64,000 nucleotides of DNA from the human T2T-CHM13v2.0 reference genome, Homo sapiens, in the NCBI RefSeq assembly GCF_009914755.1, contig NC_060944.1, one strand, 5' to 3'. Both the position numbers and the translations under genes were made by a program. A model generated the notes under the pieces. The model worked only from the letters and a program-made list of their open reading frames with translations, did no database searches and was not told where the DNA came from. Below are positions 13,081-26,966 of this stretch, one piece after another; positions within the stretch are counted from its first letter, which is position 1; each line of letters begins with the position of its first letter.

Positions 13081-16000
13081 GTGAGTTTTCCCCAGAAACC
13101 TGCCTCCCAATCTCTGCTGCCATGGCTGAGCCCACCAAGGGGGTGTGGAGGGGCTGGCAGGGAATTTTGAAGTAAAGGCACTTAATGTACTATGATAGGG
13201 CAAATGAATGCTTTGCAGAGTCATATCAGGGACTCTCTGCTCCTTTGTCTCTGCATAATAAATAATCACAGGCCCCTTTGTATGGCTGGAGGAAGAGGAA
13301 ATTGGGATACCACCCTTTTACTGGCTATCTTCTCCTGAGTTATTATTGGGTGAGGACTTCGGGTTGCCTGGGAACATGTTTTGGCCTGTGATGGATGGGA
13401 AGACAACAAGCAGTTTAATGAGTCATTTTACGGAAGGTTTCTACTGGTGAATCCACATGCTCAGAGGAGGTTGCCATGCCCCACGTTGTGAACGGAAAGA
13501 ATGAGAGAGCCAGTCAGTGAGCAGCTCACAGCAGGCAGTGGACTTCTCAGTATCCATGCATGACTGTGGCCATGAGACTATCTCAGCCTTTCTTTTTATC
13601 CTATATTTTCTAGCACTGATCTAATTTGCCTTCATGTCTCAGCTGTCTACTTGATGTTCATCACCCCCATTTTTTTAATCTTCAGTCTTTACCTTGCTCT
13701 TGGACTCCAGGTCCCATTTTCTACTCCCTGTGATGGCTCAAATTCAACTTTCCCCCAATCAAACATATCATCTTAGCAACAAAGTGGCTTCTCTCCCAGT
13801 GTTCCCACTTCTTGCCTTTCAGAATAGGACCTTTAGTAATCATATTTTCCACCATCCCCCATACCTACACACTCATCCAATTGGGTAGATTCTGATTTCT
13901 GTTACAAGAATCACTAGGAAGGAAAGTATGTAATAACTCAGACAAGTTGTTCTCTGTACATTGAAGGCAGCGTAACCTCTTTCTCAGGACTCTCAGGGAC
14001 CAGCTGATGAAAAGCGTGTCAGATGTTTGAGTTAAGGACTTTCACATGAGATTCTTTTGAGCTGATAGAATCTGAAAACTCATTCTTGTGGGGCTTTTCA
14101 TGTGAACATTTCCCTGGGTTTAATTTGGGCTTCAATTAGGAATTCAGATAAAACAGTCTCTCAGCAGATTGCCAAATGACAGGCCACAGGCAATTTTTTC
14201 TTTAACTTCTCAAGAGTTCCCACCTTCCCTAAAGAGGAATTTCTGCTCTAGGAAGCCACTTTAACTTTACTTTTGCAGTAACAATTAAGCTGCCTGTGCT
14301 GCCAGCCAAGGCCAAGTATTCTTAAAGGATCTGTCATAGAAGCCGGCACCAAGACCTAAGGGAGAAGCTCTCTATTCTATGTGATAATAACCTTGGCCTT
14401 GGCTATACCAATTCATTACCTGGGGATACCCTTGGGCAGTCATATGGACAGGGATCTTGCCCTGAACCCAAGGTGGGCACCAGTAGACAAAGATCACCCT
14501 GGTGCACCGTGACATTTGTCTTCCCTACACTTCAACCCTATGCCATAACCTTGCCATTTATGGCCAGTTGTTTTCCTTTTAGTTATGTATTTTCTTAAAA
14601 GTCCCATTGGCTACTCTTCTTCCACGATTAAAGGCGTTGCTCCAAGATTATTCAGAAACATATAAACTGGGGGCAGAATGAAAGAGACATTTAAAAGGCT
14701 TGGGCTGGGAAAGAGAACTGAGGCACAGTAGAACTCAAAAGTCCCTGTTTGGTCAGAGAGACTATTTAGCACCACTGGCCTGAGCTTTTCCCATTCTAAC
14801 ACATATGATCTCTGAAATGCTGATTCTTGAAGTATACAGTGACACTTTTAAAATATAAAATGGGACTAATTGGGTAATAAAAAGAAGAGATCAGTCACTG
14901 GTGATTCTAATCATTTGTCTTTCTCTTCAAAATATTATCTGTTATCACCAAAAGGGGTGCCTATTTCCCCTTCATTATCTATTATAAGGATCCAGGTAGC
15001 CAATTGCCTCTATCTGGTAGTTGTAACCATCTGCCTTGCCCATGAAGACCAACAGAAAATAGCAGAAAAACTAAAGAAGACCAAGTATCCTATATCTTTT
15101 CCCTATCTTGTCATCAAGGTTAAATGCTGGGGATGTTGTCAATAATAAACTCATTCTAGGAAAATAAATAAAGCACAAAAATCTCATAATTTTTTTCAAA
15201 ACGAAAAAAAAAACTGCTAATGATGACTGCCTTTTTCCAAAATATTAGATTAAGGTCTGAGTCTTTCCTGCATGATGTTCTCGTGGTTGTCTAATTTTGG
15301 CATCTGCTGATAGAAAAATAGAGTGGCAACTATTCTGAACCAAAAATCATTGACTATGAACAGTGCAAAGATAGTAAACTAAAGATTCTGCCTTGTGGGT
15401 TTATAGCTGTTAAACAAAAGGGTAAATAAGTCTAGAGTAGGAATACCCCAATTTGGGGGTTCTCAAACACATTCAAACAGGTTGCAAAAAGAAAAGTAAA
15501 TGAAAGAAAAAGGGAGAGACCAAGTAGCCAGAAGGAGGTCCAGGCTTTTATGTCTTACATAGATGTGGCAAGTTATGCTTTATAAACACAGAATTTAAGA
15601 GTAAGTTGTTTTAGCATTCCCTGAAATGTACTGTCTCCTAGAACTGCTAACGTTAACTACGGTTGCAGCCCCAGCCCCCAGCTTCCTTCTCCTTCCTGTC
15701 CCTGCACCACTTCCCAGCCTGTCTCACTCACTGTCTACAGGCTTGTGGTAAGGAACACAAAGCCCAGGGAGGGTGGTCTGAGCTGCTATTCGCTTTCAGG
15801 GCTTCATCTACTGAGGTAGCTTTTTGACCAAAGAAACCTCCAAGCTCTGCTAGCAACCCAAGAAATAAAAAAGAAAAAGGTAGAAACCCAAGGTACTTTT
15901 TGGCTTTTTTTGACTTCAGACCAGAAATTTCAATGATGTTTGCCTCTCATGTAACAACTAATTTTTATGCTAAAAGGAAAACAGAAAAAAAAGGACTAGA

Positions 16001-17437
16001 AAGAGCTAAAGTGCTACTTTCCATGTGCTCATCTTTGTTCATCAATATGCAGACAATAGCTAAGAAAACAGATTCTGATGTAGACTGTGTTAAAGATGTT
16101 CGCTTCTCTTTCCAGTTCTTCCTGCTAAAAGATTAGCTGACTGCCAAGTATCATCATTTAGATGCTAAAAAGCAAAAGTTGTGTCTTGTTTATTTCAGTA
16201 ATATCTTTGCACAGTGAGATGTTCAGGAAATGACTGAGCATGTCAAATGAATGAATGATTACTATTTTTTCTTCAGGGTTTTAATCCATGTAATAGTATT
16301 GCCCTTCTCATTTTATATTTTCCTCCGTATCCCAAAATTTGTCTCCATTAGGAAATAAAAGTACTATATAGTCTTCTCCCTAGCACCTCTTTTACATACA
16401 TTCTTAATTGTGGGTAACAGAAACCAATGACTGTTTCATTACTTCCAAGTTTTATCACAAAGAATCCCATGAAGAACCAGTTCTTAATTTCCAAAACCCA
16501 ATCTGCCTTCTTCCTAATCATATTCACAGTCGTGGTACAGGCACCAAAGCGGGACAATGTGTCTGGAAGGTTTTGATAATGAAAATAATTTGAAGAGGTA
16601 ATAAATCAATTCAACACTGAAATGAAATAATGAAACTAAAAATACCTTCTCAACATCAGGGTCAAAAACAAATATTTTATGCCCAAAAGCTCTGTAAGAT
16701 TTGTTCAACATTAGCTAGAACAATACCAACAAATCTTAAAGCCAAACCTATCTTCAGTCCCTGGTCAACATATCAAAACCTCATAAATTCTACAAGTACC
16801 TGAAAAGCTTCCGAAGAGTAGATTTATTTAAGATAATATTTGCTTCCCAGCTCTGTCAAACCATACTTGCACATCTGAAATAGAATATTAAAGTGAAATA
16901 TATTTTAAAAACATGAAGGACTCATAATTCTATGAGTAACACACACTAGTCTTATGGAAGCAAAATAATTTAATTAAAAAATAACCTGAACTTCATTTCT
17001 TGAGAGAGGTTATATTTGAGAATTAAAAACATTTATTTCCTTTACTAAGCAATTTTACTAGACCATACAATTATTCCTCATTTTTAAACATGTTTCAGTT
17101 TTACAAGTCAGAAACTTCTATCAGTCCAATAAAAACTTTCCTTGCTTCTCTCATCTCAAAGAATGGATGATATTTCCTTTGTGTTCTATATTTAGAAGCT
17201 ATATCTTTCTAGCTTCTTTCTTATCCAAATGTATCCACATGTTTAATAACCATAAAAGGCAGCCACACGTTCTGGTAGTGATCTGTTTTTGGTCTTTAAG
17301 GGTCTATTCTTGAATATATCTGTGGAGTTTTCAAGATACTGCCAATAACCCACAAAATTTAGCTTCACTGGATAATATAATCACTTCAGAAATCTCATAA
17401 TACCACTGGAGCAAAAGAAAAGTTTCCTATTCTTTAA

Positions 17438-17863
<426 letters not shown>

Positions 17864-19304
17864 AAAGTCTACTTTCAAATTGAAAATGTCACGGAGAAAA
17901 ATCTCCTCCCCCTCTTTTGTCTTGACCACACCTTCCTCCAGTGGATAACTAATGGAATTTGAGGTGACCTCTACTTACCATCACCATGACTGCATGAGAG
18001 CCTCACAGTCTGGGGGCTGGGTAAAAATAGAAATTAGATAGTTTTAGTGCCTTTTTAAGGGATTTATACCCAAAGAATAGGCTGTTTTTTATCCTTATAC
18101 TTGTTAACTCTAAGAGGATAAGGTCTGAGGTTGTGAGGTGCTGCTCTGAGAAACATATAGAAATTTTCCAATTTATCTTCCAAATGTTTTATTGAAGGAA
18201 AAAAATAAAGCATATAGATTTGATTATATTTTACTTATTAAGAAACATAGTCATGGTAAGTTTATTAATATTATGAGAAACACAAAAGGGAAAATAGCAT
18301 TTTGTATTTTTCTAGAACTTTTTATTCTACAGGGCATTTGTGGCTGCTATTTCTTCATATTCTCATTTCCTTGTAGCATAAATTGGACAAAGGGTGGATT
18401 CTGAGTTCCCCAAATTCTCATGGTTTGTAAGGAGACTTAACCACTCCATGGTGCTGCTCTACACTGATTTGTATTCCATAATTTTCCCTGCTCCTCTGCA
18501 CAAAGAGAATTATAGAGCAGGAAGAGTCTTAAGGAAACATTGATTCAGCCCTTGACCTTGAAGCATTAAAATATAATTTTACCATTGAGGCAAAATAGAC
18601 CCAGAGAGAGAGAAGGTGACTTCCCTGGGGCCACACAGCTATAACTGATAGGAAGAAAATAAAACTCGTGACTCCTCTCAATACGAAGTCTGATTTAAAT
18701 AAAAAACTAAGTGAGAATTGATACTGCTTATGAATCTGTCGTTCTTTAAACAATTGTTTGCACTAATTAGTCACTGAATTTTCTCAATTAAAAATAATGT
18801 GCTGAAAAGAAGTGAAGTTACCTCCTGAGTTTATGTCACTTATGTGAATTCAGTGAGCTCAGCTATAAATGGAAAAGTGAAAAAGAAGAGGGAAATAAAA
18901 AGGGCGGCACTTGAGCTCACTGTTCTGCTCAATTTGCTTATGCCCTGGAGTGGCCTTGAACTGAAGGCAGCTGAGTATGCAGTTGGCCTCGGTTCCCTGG
19001 TGACCCTCACAGTGGAAGCATTTCACCTTTCTGGGGGTGAGCCTGTAGCATTTAAAGTTAATACTTTTGATACAAAATATTTCCTAAACGCAAGCTGACT
19101 TCTTCATTTGCTGTGAGAACAATGGGACACGACCAGGGTCCATTGTGAAAGGGAAATTCCACCCTTGTGATGTATTGAGACACAATATCAGTTTCTAACC
19201 CTTAAGGAGTTTTCAAAGTTAATTTTAACCATGCATAAGTTCCACTTTGCACACTTTAGAATTCACTCCCTAAGGCGTGATTCTTCTAGGAGAAATTAAA
19301 CAAA

Positions 19305-19708
19305 GATGGGGTCTTCATTTTGGATTTCCCAGAAACAGACTCTGAGATGCAGAGTTGTATGCCAGAGACTTCTTGGAGAGCAAGGAAGAGAACACTGGGC
19401 AAAGGGAGAAGCTGAGCAAATGGGCTTTCAACAGGGGCCTCAGTCAATTTTACAGGAAACTCAGAAACAGGGGTGGCCCTTCAGAGTTACCCCAGTGTGA
19501 GGCAAAGGAACCGGACCTTTGTGCCCCCATAATGACCAGTTATTGGCATGGGTACTCCCTCAAAGGAAACATAGTCTTAGGTAAATCACGTCCTGCTACC
19601 AAAGGCAATTCTCAGTGAAAGAAACTCTGAGCCACATTTAGCAGCTGGAGGAAATGTGTGAGGGCCCTAAAGAGGAAATCTGGAGAGTGCACCACAGTTT
19701 TCATTACA
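19305..19708 (-). mobile_element. ERVL LTR (LTR16-like)
   Basis: ggatttcccagaaacagactctgagatg...ggaaatctggagagtgcaccacag...taca. Confidence 0.6.
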
Positions 19709-20758
19709 CCTGCCATGCCCACTTCACTCAATTTGTCTGTAAATTCACATTTGATTCAAGAGGCATTTTCTGGGATCTTTGACCTTTCTGGAAGAGTGGA
19801 CATGGCTTCCCAGATCAGGAGCTCTCCGTGCCCAATCCAGCTCCCCATCCACCCCTGCTGCCCTTTTCCAGAGATTGCACTGAACTAAGAGGGGAAAACA
19901 TGAATCTGTAGGCACATGAGCTGGACCATATTTTGAACACAAATAGTGAAGCCAAGAGACCCAAGTGAAACAGTTTCTGACCTACCCTCCCATCTGTGGC
20001 CAAATTCATTTTCTAGATAACATGCCAAGAGGTCAGCGGGTGTAAACCATTCATGAGTGATGCAAGTTGAGAGTTACTTGACAGCATCAGGAAAAGGAGA
20101 AATGCAATGGGGGAGGTATGCATAAGAAGCAGGGCAGAGGTATCTTCATGGATGCCCCAACCTGTGGGAAAAATTCATCTGTTCTAATCCTCTGCTTTCA
20201 GAATGTGGCAGGGAGGACTTTCAGCATCTCCTCTGGGCATTGCAGATATGCCTGGCTTCCCAACTCAAAGAGCTGCTGCTGGTGCTATAATTAACTATTT
20301 GTGGGGAACAGGGGAGAATTATTTACTACAGCTACAGAAAGGCACAGGGAAAGCTGCTAATGAGTAAGCCTGGTTTTTTTCTAGATGCTGTTTTTTTCTA
20401 GATGTTCATTTTTAAATGATGGGTACTGTTCGTGCTGTCATGCTTCCTAAAGGAAAAGCGGGAACTCTCTGGGAGGCATCATGCTAGCAAAGCCAGAGAT
20501 CTCTTGGAAGTTTTAACTTTCTTTGGGAGAATTCTTACAAGCCCTGGTATAGAGAAAAGTTAACACAGAGAAAATTGGTGGCTCTGTATCGTCTTTACAA
20601 TTCACAAGGTGAAGAGTCTCTAATGGTGGGCTAGCAAACCTTTAGGACTTCCTGGGAAAATCTTAGATGTTTGAAGGGCAAAATTCTCCTGATCTGCCTC
20701 ACCTGATTCCCTCCCCAACCTTCCCCAAGATGCAAAAGGAAATGCATTTATATATCCA

Positions 20759-20763
<5 letters not shown>

Positions 20764-20805
<42 letters not shown>
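20764..20805. repeat. (TA)21 microsatellite
   Basis: Direct reading. Confidence 0.97.
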
Positions 20806-20807
<2 letters not shown>

Positions 20808-20909
20808 GCATTTATATAGCCTCTGTTATATCTACTAAAAATGATTATATGTGTATGCTTATTAAATTCATAATGTAACTCTCTTATTTAGTTGTTGGCT
20901 AGAAAACCA

Positions 20910-22150
20910 GCATTCATTCAGCAAATAGTTATCAAGTCCAAACTATATACAGGGCACTCTTCTGCATACTGAAATATAACAGTGAACAAGACAAAGTCCT
21001 CCTCCCAGGGGGCTTGTATACTAGTGGCAATGAAGGAGAGAAACAAAAAACAGATGACCAAGCAATTGTATGAATGGTGGTCAAAATGCTATGAGAATGA
21101 GTAGAGCAGAGTATGGGAAGAGGGAGAGCCATAGAGGGGTGTTTCTATTTTATAAAAAGCATCCAGGTTTGGCTAGTCTGGGAAAGTGGCATTTAAATAT
21201 AGACCTGAAGGAGATGAGGAAGGTATTCATGTGGATATCTGGAGAAAGGGCACTCCAGACAGAGGAACCACCAAGGAAAAAGGCCTGGAATCCAAGACAC
21301 ACCTGGTGTGTTCCAGGAACAGCAAGAATGCGAGTAAAGCTGCAAAGGAATGAGCCAAGGACAGTGGGGAAGGAGATGAGGTTAGAGAGGAAAAATAAAG
21401 CAAGATCATGGGCGACATGATAAGCTGGGGAAAGAACTTTGAATTGACTCTGAATGAGATGTGGCTTCTGTGCCTATGGGCAAATAATAGACAATGGGGT
21501 AGAGGTATGGATGAGGGACAACTGGACTAGAGAGATCCATGCAAGGTGATTGCAATATTTCAGAAGAGAAAAGCCAGTGGCATAGGCCAGGATAGAAGTG
21601 GTGGAGGCAGTGAGAAACAAATCAGATCTGGGAGTATGTTGTGAAGGTAGTCTTCAAATTCGTTGATGCATTTGCTGATGGATTAGATGAGGAATGGGAG
21701 AGGAAGTGAGAAGGCAAAGGTGACTCCTAAGTTGTTGGCCTGCATTACTATAGAATGAAATGGCACTTATGCATATGGACAAGATGGTGAGAGGAGCAGG
21801 TTGATGGGGAGTGGTTAGGGAATTAAGAGTTTAGTTTTAAGCACGTTAACATTTGAGATTTGTATTAAGTAACCAAGTGGAGATAATGTGAAATGAACAG
21901 ATGGACTTAAGGATCTAGGAGAGAGGTCAGAGTTGGAGATATAAATTGAGAGGCATCCATCTATTGTTAGTGTTCAATGCCAGGAGACTAGTTGAGCTTA
22001 CCTACGAAATGAGTGTAGATATAGAAGAGAAGATTTGTGGGACTGAGCCCTAGGGTACTCTAAGATTTAGAAGTCAAAGAGATAACTGGGGACCAGCAAA
22101 GGAGACAGAAAAGCAGCAAGTAATCTAGAAACAGGATCAGAGGTCAAGAG
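20910..22150 (-). mobile_element. L2 (L2a-like) ~1.2 kb
   Basis: Starts with the cattcattcagcaaata tail. Purine-rich antisense L2 body (agacctgaaggagatgagg; gagtttagttttaagcacgttaacatttgag). Confidence 0.85.
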
Positions 22151-23559
22151 AAGACCAACTTTAGCCATTGTGTTCTAGCTCGTCTACATTTTACCATAGT
22201 AACTTGGCCATCCCTATAATTATTTCTTATTAGAGGTATCAATGTTTCTTCACTTTTCCCCTCTCTGATCTATTTTTCAAACGCTTTCTCAACGGATATT
22301 GAAATACATGGTTCACACATGAACTTATGAAATTAAAGGATACTGATGTGTTTGGGCTGGGTAGTGTGCTTTAAAGCAGCAGGAGGTCACATTTGACTCA
22401 GAATGTTGAGAATCTAGCTCTTAAACCTGCAATCCCAACTAGGCACTAACTCAGAGCCAAGACCGCGTTCTGCAAGCTGCCAGGTGAAGTTACCAGGAAA
22501 CAGCCTCTGTTTGACATGTCAAGGGAAGAACCTGAATTGGGCACCTCTTTTTAATTTTGAGAAACTATAAAAGCCATGAGAAAGATCATGTTTGACTGTA
22601 AACCAAAAAGAAAAAACCTTACCCTCCAATTAAGGAAAATAAAATTATAAGTTGTTGTTGATTTAATTCTGATCATATTTTCATAGATTTCAGAAAGATA
22701 TAGTTTTTAAAAGAATTTCCTGTTAAGATTCAAAATTTTTTCTAGGATATAATTTCTCACTCCTCAAACCTCTGCTTCAAAATAAATTTTATTCAATATT
22801 TAGCATAAGGAGACTATAAAGTTCCTTAATGGTGACATAAATGAACAGTTATAATCGTATGTCTATCTAGCTACTGAATATTTCTAAGATAACGTTTTGT
22901 GAGGCAAAAGTGGTTTGAAGTTGGTGATGCCTCAAAAAAAAATTTTTTTAATACTCTTTAGAACTCTTTCTGGGTATTTTAAAATTGGTTTAGCTATTTT
23001 TCCTTTTTGATGCCTATTGACATGTTTGTGATCACATCTCTTTCTATAAACAGGTTTCACGGTCTTAAAGCCAAACCAAGGGAATTTTGAAAATGAGTGG
23101 AATTGAATTCCTGCCATTTCCAGTAATTTCAAAGCTTTATGGGTTCAGGAGAGGATAACAGTGCAGCCAGGTCTAGAAATGAGTAAACAGCAGTTAGGCA
23201 AAGAGATTCATGTCTGAATAACAACCCAATTGCTGGAGTTTATCTAATTGGTTTGCCATTATCTGTACCAAAAACATTGTGTTTTTCATCTTCTCTACGA
23301 TGAGCATGTCCCATTTAGCAATAAAGAACTTATTGCTTGAGAGAAAACAGGTAAGACAAAATAGTTTTCCATTCCCCCTGAAAAGGGAGAGCAGTCCATC
23401 CCAAGTAAAGAATAGTTTAATGGATGTTAATTTTTAAGGACAACTTAGAGAATCAACATGAGAAAGTTTCTTCTCCCAACAGAAGCAAAGCAAAGCAATT
23501 AAAACCTATTGTGTGGAAAGAGACCCAAATAATTGTCTATTAGGGAGAAAAGGAACATG

Positions 23560-23740
23560 ATAGAGTCCAATTTGAGGTCATTCTTGAGTTCCAATACTTA
23601 CACTGACACCAATTAACTGTGCTCTCCTTGAACAAACCGTTGTTTCCCCCAGTCTTCAGTTCTCTTGTCTGTACCATGAGGAGTGTGGACTAGTTAGTCT
23701 GTAAAATGCCCTCTGAGGTCCTAAATCTGAGATTCCAGGG
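23560..23740 (+). mobile_element. MIR fragment
   Basis: aactgtgctctccttgaacaaacc...tcttcagttctcttgtctgtacc. Confidence 0.5.
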
Positions 23741-24207
23741 ACTAACCTGAAGCCTCTCCAACTGGTTAATATCAAAGCCACGACTAAAACCCAGCAATTC
23801 TAACCAGTTTGTGATCCTTCCTTTACATGTCTTTCTTTTCATCTGAGAAATAGGGCTTTTTCTTTAAACCAATGCTATAAAGTGTTTGCAAGAACTAGCA
23901 TTTATATGTTGGTATCCTCAACTTATAGAACACAATTTCAAATCCTGTACTGTTCAAACCAATTCAATAGTACCCTAAAATTCCATTTCTTGTCTCGGGG
24001 GAAATATTAGATTATGAGATAGAGGTTATTCATCCACTTCAAAGATAATAGCTCCTCTATCATGTTTTATAAATTGGGATTTGGTTTAAGATTTCCCTGG
24101 TATCATGGGTGTGAAGGAGTGGGGGTCCTTAAAATAAAAAATAATGTTTGAAAACCTTTGATAGCTAAACAAGTTCGATTCTTTAGCCTAGTCAATCAGT
24201 GTATCCA

Positions 24208-24625
24208 ACAGGGATAACAAGCTTGATGCCTACACAGGCCATGCAAATAAATTACAAATTGAGGTGGGTCAGTTGTAAGCAAAACAGCTACTCAAGCAAG
24301 AGAATAAACAGCAAAATGATCTTCTCCTCTGTGTGAGGAACACAACAGAGAGTGGTGGGGACTGTGGTGAACCTGAGTGTACACACCCTCTTAAAAGGAG
24401 GAAGCGGATTCTTATTCTCAGCTAATTGTTACCTCCAATAATGGACGCCCTGGTTGCCACATCTACAATTTTGAAGAAAAGTAGCAACTACCAATCTTTG
24501 TAAAGATTCTTTTATCTTTTTAAAAAAATTAGTGATTAAATTAAAATTTCTTAACACACTGTCCAATCTAAAGAAAATACATCATCAGAACAAATTTTTC
24601 CATGCACTACCATTTTGCAGTCCCT
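24208..24625 (+). mobile_element. hAT-type DNA transposon fossil
   Basis: cagggataacaagcttgatgcctacacaggcc...gtggtggggactgtggtgaac...ggttgccacatct...ttttgcagtccct. Subfamily uncertain. Confidence 0.45.
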
Positions 24626-24649
24626 ACTCTACAACACCCCAGGACAGGA

Positions 24650-25420
24650 TGAAACCTGATAGAACACCTCTATGACTAGTCCGTGACTTCATTATTTGCC
24701 AAGGTAGTCCACATAAAAGTTCTTCCTTAAGGGAATTCCAAAGCTACTTCCTTGTAGCGTTGGTTCATAATCCACATTCTCCTTTCTGAGGCCAAATTAA
24801 TCTATCTTCCATGTGAGAACCCTTCAAACATTTGAAAATAGTTATCATGCCCCCTGGACCTTCCTAGAGTAAGCATTCTTAGTTCTTTCAGATGTTTTCA
24901 TTGAATTTGGCACTTCTTTCCCATGCCTTCCTGATTACACCTCTCTGAACATTACTGGAGAACAATACATTATAACATCCAGGTCTGCTCTGATTATTTC
25001 AGAGTAGTATTGCATGCTCACTTCCCGTATCTCCCACATTTTAAAAGCTATTCTTCTATTAGCACATCTTAAAATCATTTTAGCATTTTGTGGAAGTCAT
25101 AGATCTCACATTGATTAATAGTGAACCTACAATTAGCTAAAATTTCTAGGTTCTTCTAAAATACACTCATAATCCATCCTTGAAGGATCGAGGTATTGGT
25201 TCTAAAACAAGGAACCTTTAAAAAGGATTTATTTTTTGAATTTTCATCTTATTAGAGTTCATTCTGACCTGTCAAGATTTTATTAGATTTGGATTCAGTC
25301 TCCTTTCCACTTTCTTGTCATCTATGATTTTGATCAGCATCAATATCTTCAACAGTTCTTAAGAAAAAAGTTAAATAGTACAAAGAAAAATGACAAAGTT
25401 CAGAACCCTCTGCCAGGATG
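24650..25420 (-). mobile_element. CR1/L3 LINE fossil
   Basis: tcttccatgtgagaacccttcaaacatttgaaaatagttatcatgccc...cttgtcatctatgattttgatcagcat resembles antisense L3. Confidence 0.55.
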
Positions 25421-26434
25421 ATATGAATCTATTAATATAGACTCTAAGGAGTATTTCACACTGACCCCATATTAAAAGGAAATTCTAAAGCACCCAAAGT
25501 TCTGAAAAATCATTCAAGTTAAATGAAAAAACAGTGTCTCACCAGGGAGGCTATTTGAAGACTGTTTATATGGCTTAACTCCAACACTCTGAATCTGGTT
25601 GATTTGTGTGTGTATATGGCTCTCTGAGAAATCAGTTTATTTGCCATGGAACAATCTAATTTGGTCATTCACATGACTAAAAGTACCAGACCAACATGTT
25701 TTCAATCCAGTCCCTTGAGGCAATTTGAATTCTGTTGATAACTTGTCCACACACCTGCTACTGATGGATGTTTCGTCATGAAATTTTAATCAGAGAGCCA
25801 AAATCAATGGGTAATTGTTAATTTCAAGGGTGCCAGGTGACACTCAAGTGTAGACCAAACCAAATTTTTATAAAACTTAATAAAGTGATTTCCTTTAAAT
25901 GAGTAAGTCAAGATATCTCAGACATAGATTAATTCAGCTAAGGATCATATTCTCCAGAGCTGAAATATTAACTATCATTGAACTTCTATCAGTGCTTCCA
26001 AAATAATTATTCTAACACTTATTCATGTGACATGGGCAAGTCATTTAACCTTCACTAATTGTCTTCATTTTATCATCTCTACCATTAAATAACAATGAAA
26101 GTCCAAATGACTGGAAATAAATTGCCTTAATTTTTAATCCCTATCATGGAATTACAATGAAAGTGCAAATGTCTGCCAATACATGCCTAAGACTTCAAAG
26201 CTGGAAGTATGACTCCATCTAAAGTACATGTTAATTTCACAAATACATTATAACTTTGCCAAAGCAGAAAAGGTGATAGTGTCACCTACTCCTTTTGCAT
26301 CTTCTTAGTTCTCTACTTGTTTTCCTTGCCTGCCCCTACTCCATGAAAAATATGGGTGTGAATTAAATCAGTGTTCCTTAAACTGTGTTACGCTGGAGTC
26401 CTTGGGTTTTCTTCCAGAACGTTGTGAATAATAA

Positions 26435-26860
26435 AGATATTAGTTAGGATAAACTAGATTACGCTGCAGTAACAAATTAACTTTTAACTCCCAATGGTTT
26501 AATATACAAATGTTTCCTTTTCACTGTGCTACAAGTCACAAGTCCAGCATGAGCTGGATAGATTTGATTAATATAATGCTGTTGAAAGTTTCACCATCTT
26601 GAAACGCCACTATCCTAGCACATGAATTCCAGGACACTGGAAGAGAAAGAGGAAGTGAAAGCATAATAAGCTCTACCCACTTGTAAATGCCTCAGCTTGA
26701 AAATGTTACATATCACTCTGCTCACCACCCATTAGCGAGAACTAGGCAAAATGAATGTCTTAATGAAAAGAAGCTAAGAAGTGTGGTTCTCCCATGTGCT
26801 CAGGAAGGAGAGACAAACTGGATTTGGGGAGCAGTAGAAGTCCCTTGCATAGTGTATTTT
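26435..26860 (-). mobile_element. Old MLT1 LTR (K/L-like)
   Basis: tattagttaggataaactagattacgctgcagtaacaaa...tcactctgctcaccacccattagc. Confidence 0.65.
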
Positions 26861-26966
26861 TTATTCAAAACAACAATAAACATGTGAATAAAAGCCCATA
26901 TTCTATTATTCTGGGTGATCCTTGGGATTGAGACTTTCCCATAAGTTCAGCACTCATGTTTATAAT

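Noticed and set aside
12848-13084. 78-aa + strand ORF overlapping exon 2
   Set aside because: Wrong frame. The real coding frame begins at 12976 after the acceptor.
16400-16616. Possible antisense exon (tttcatttcAG|...AAT|GTATGT on the - strand)
   Set aside because: The splice signals are plausible but common by chance. There is no recognisable product or partner exon, so transcript data would be needed.
18438-18458. Partial RE1 match tccatggtgctg
   Set aside because: The GCTG part of the second half-site is absent. Too many mismatches.
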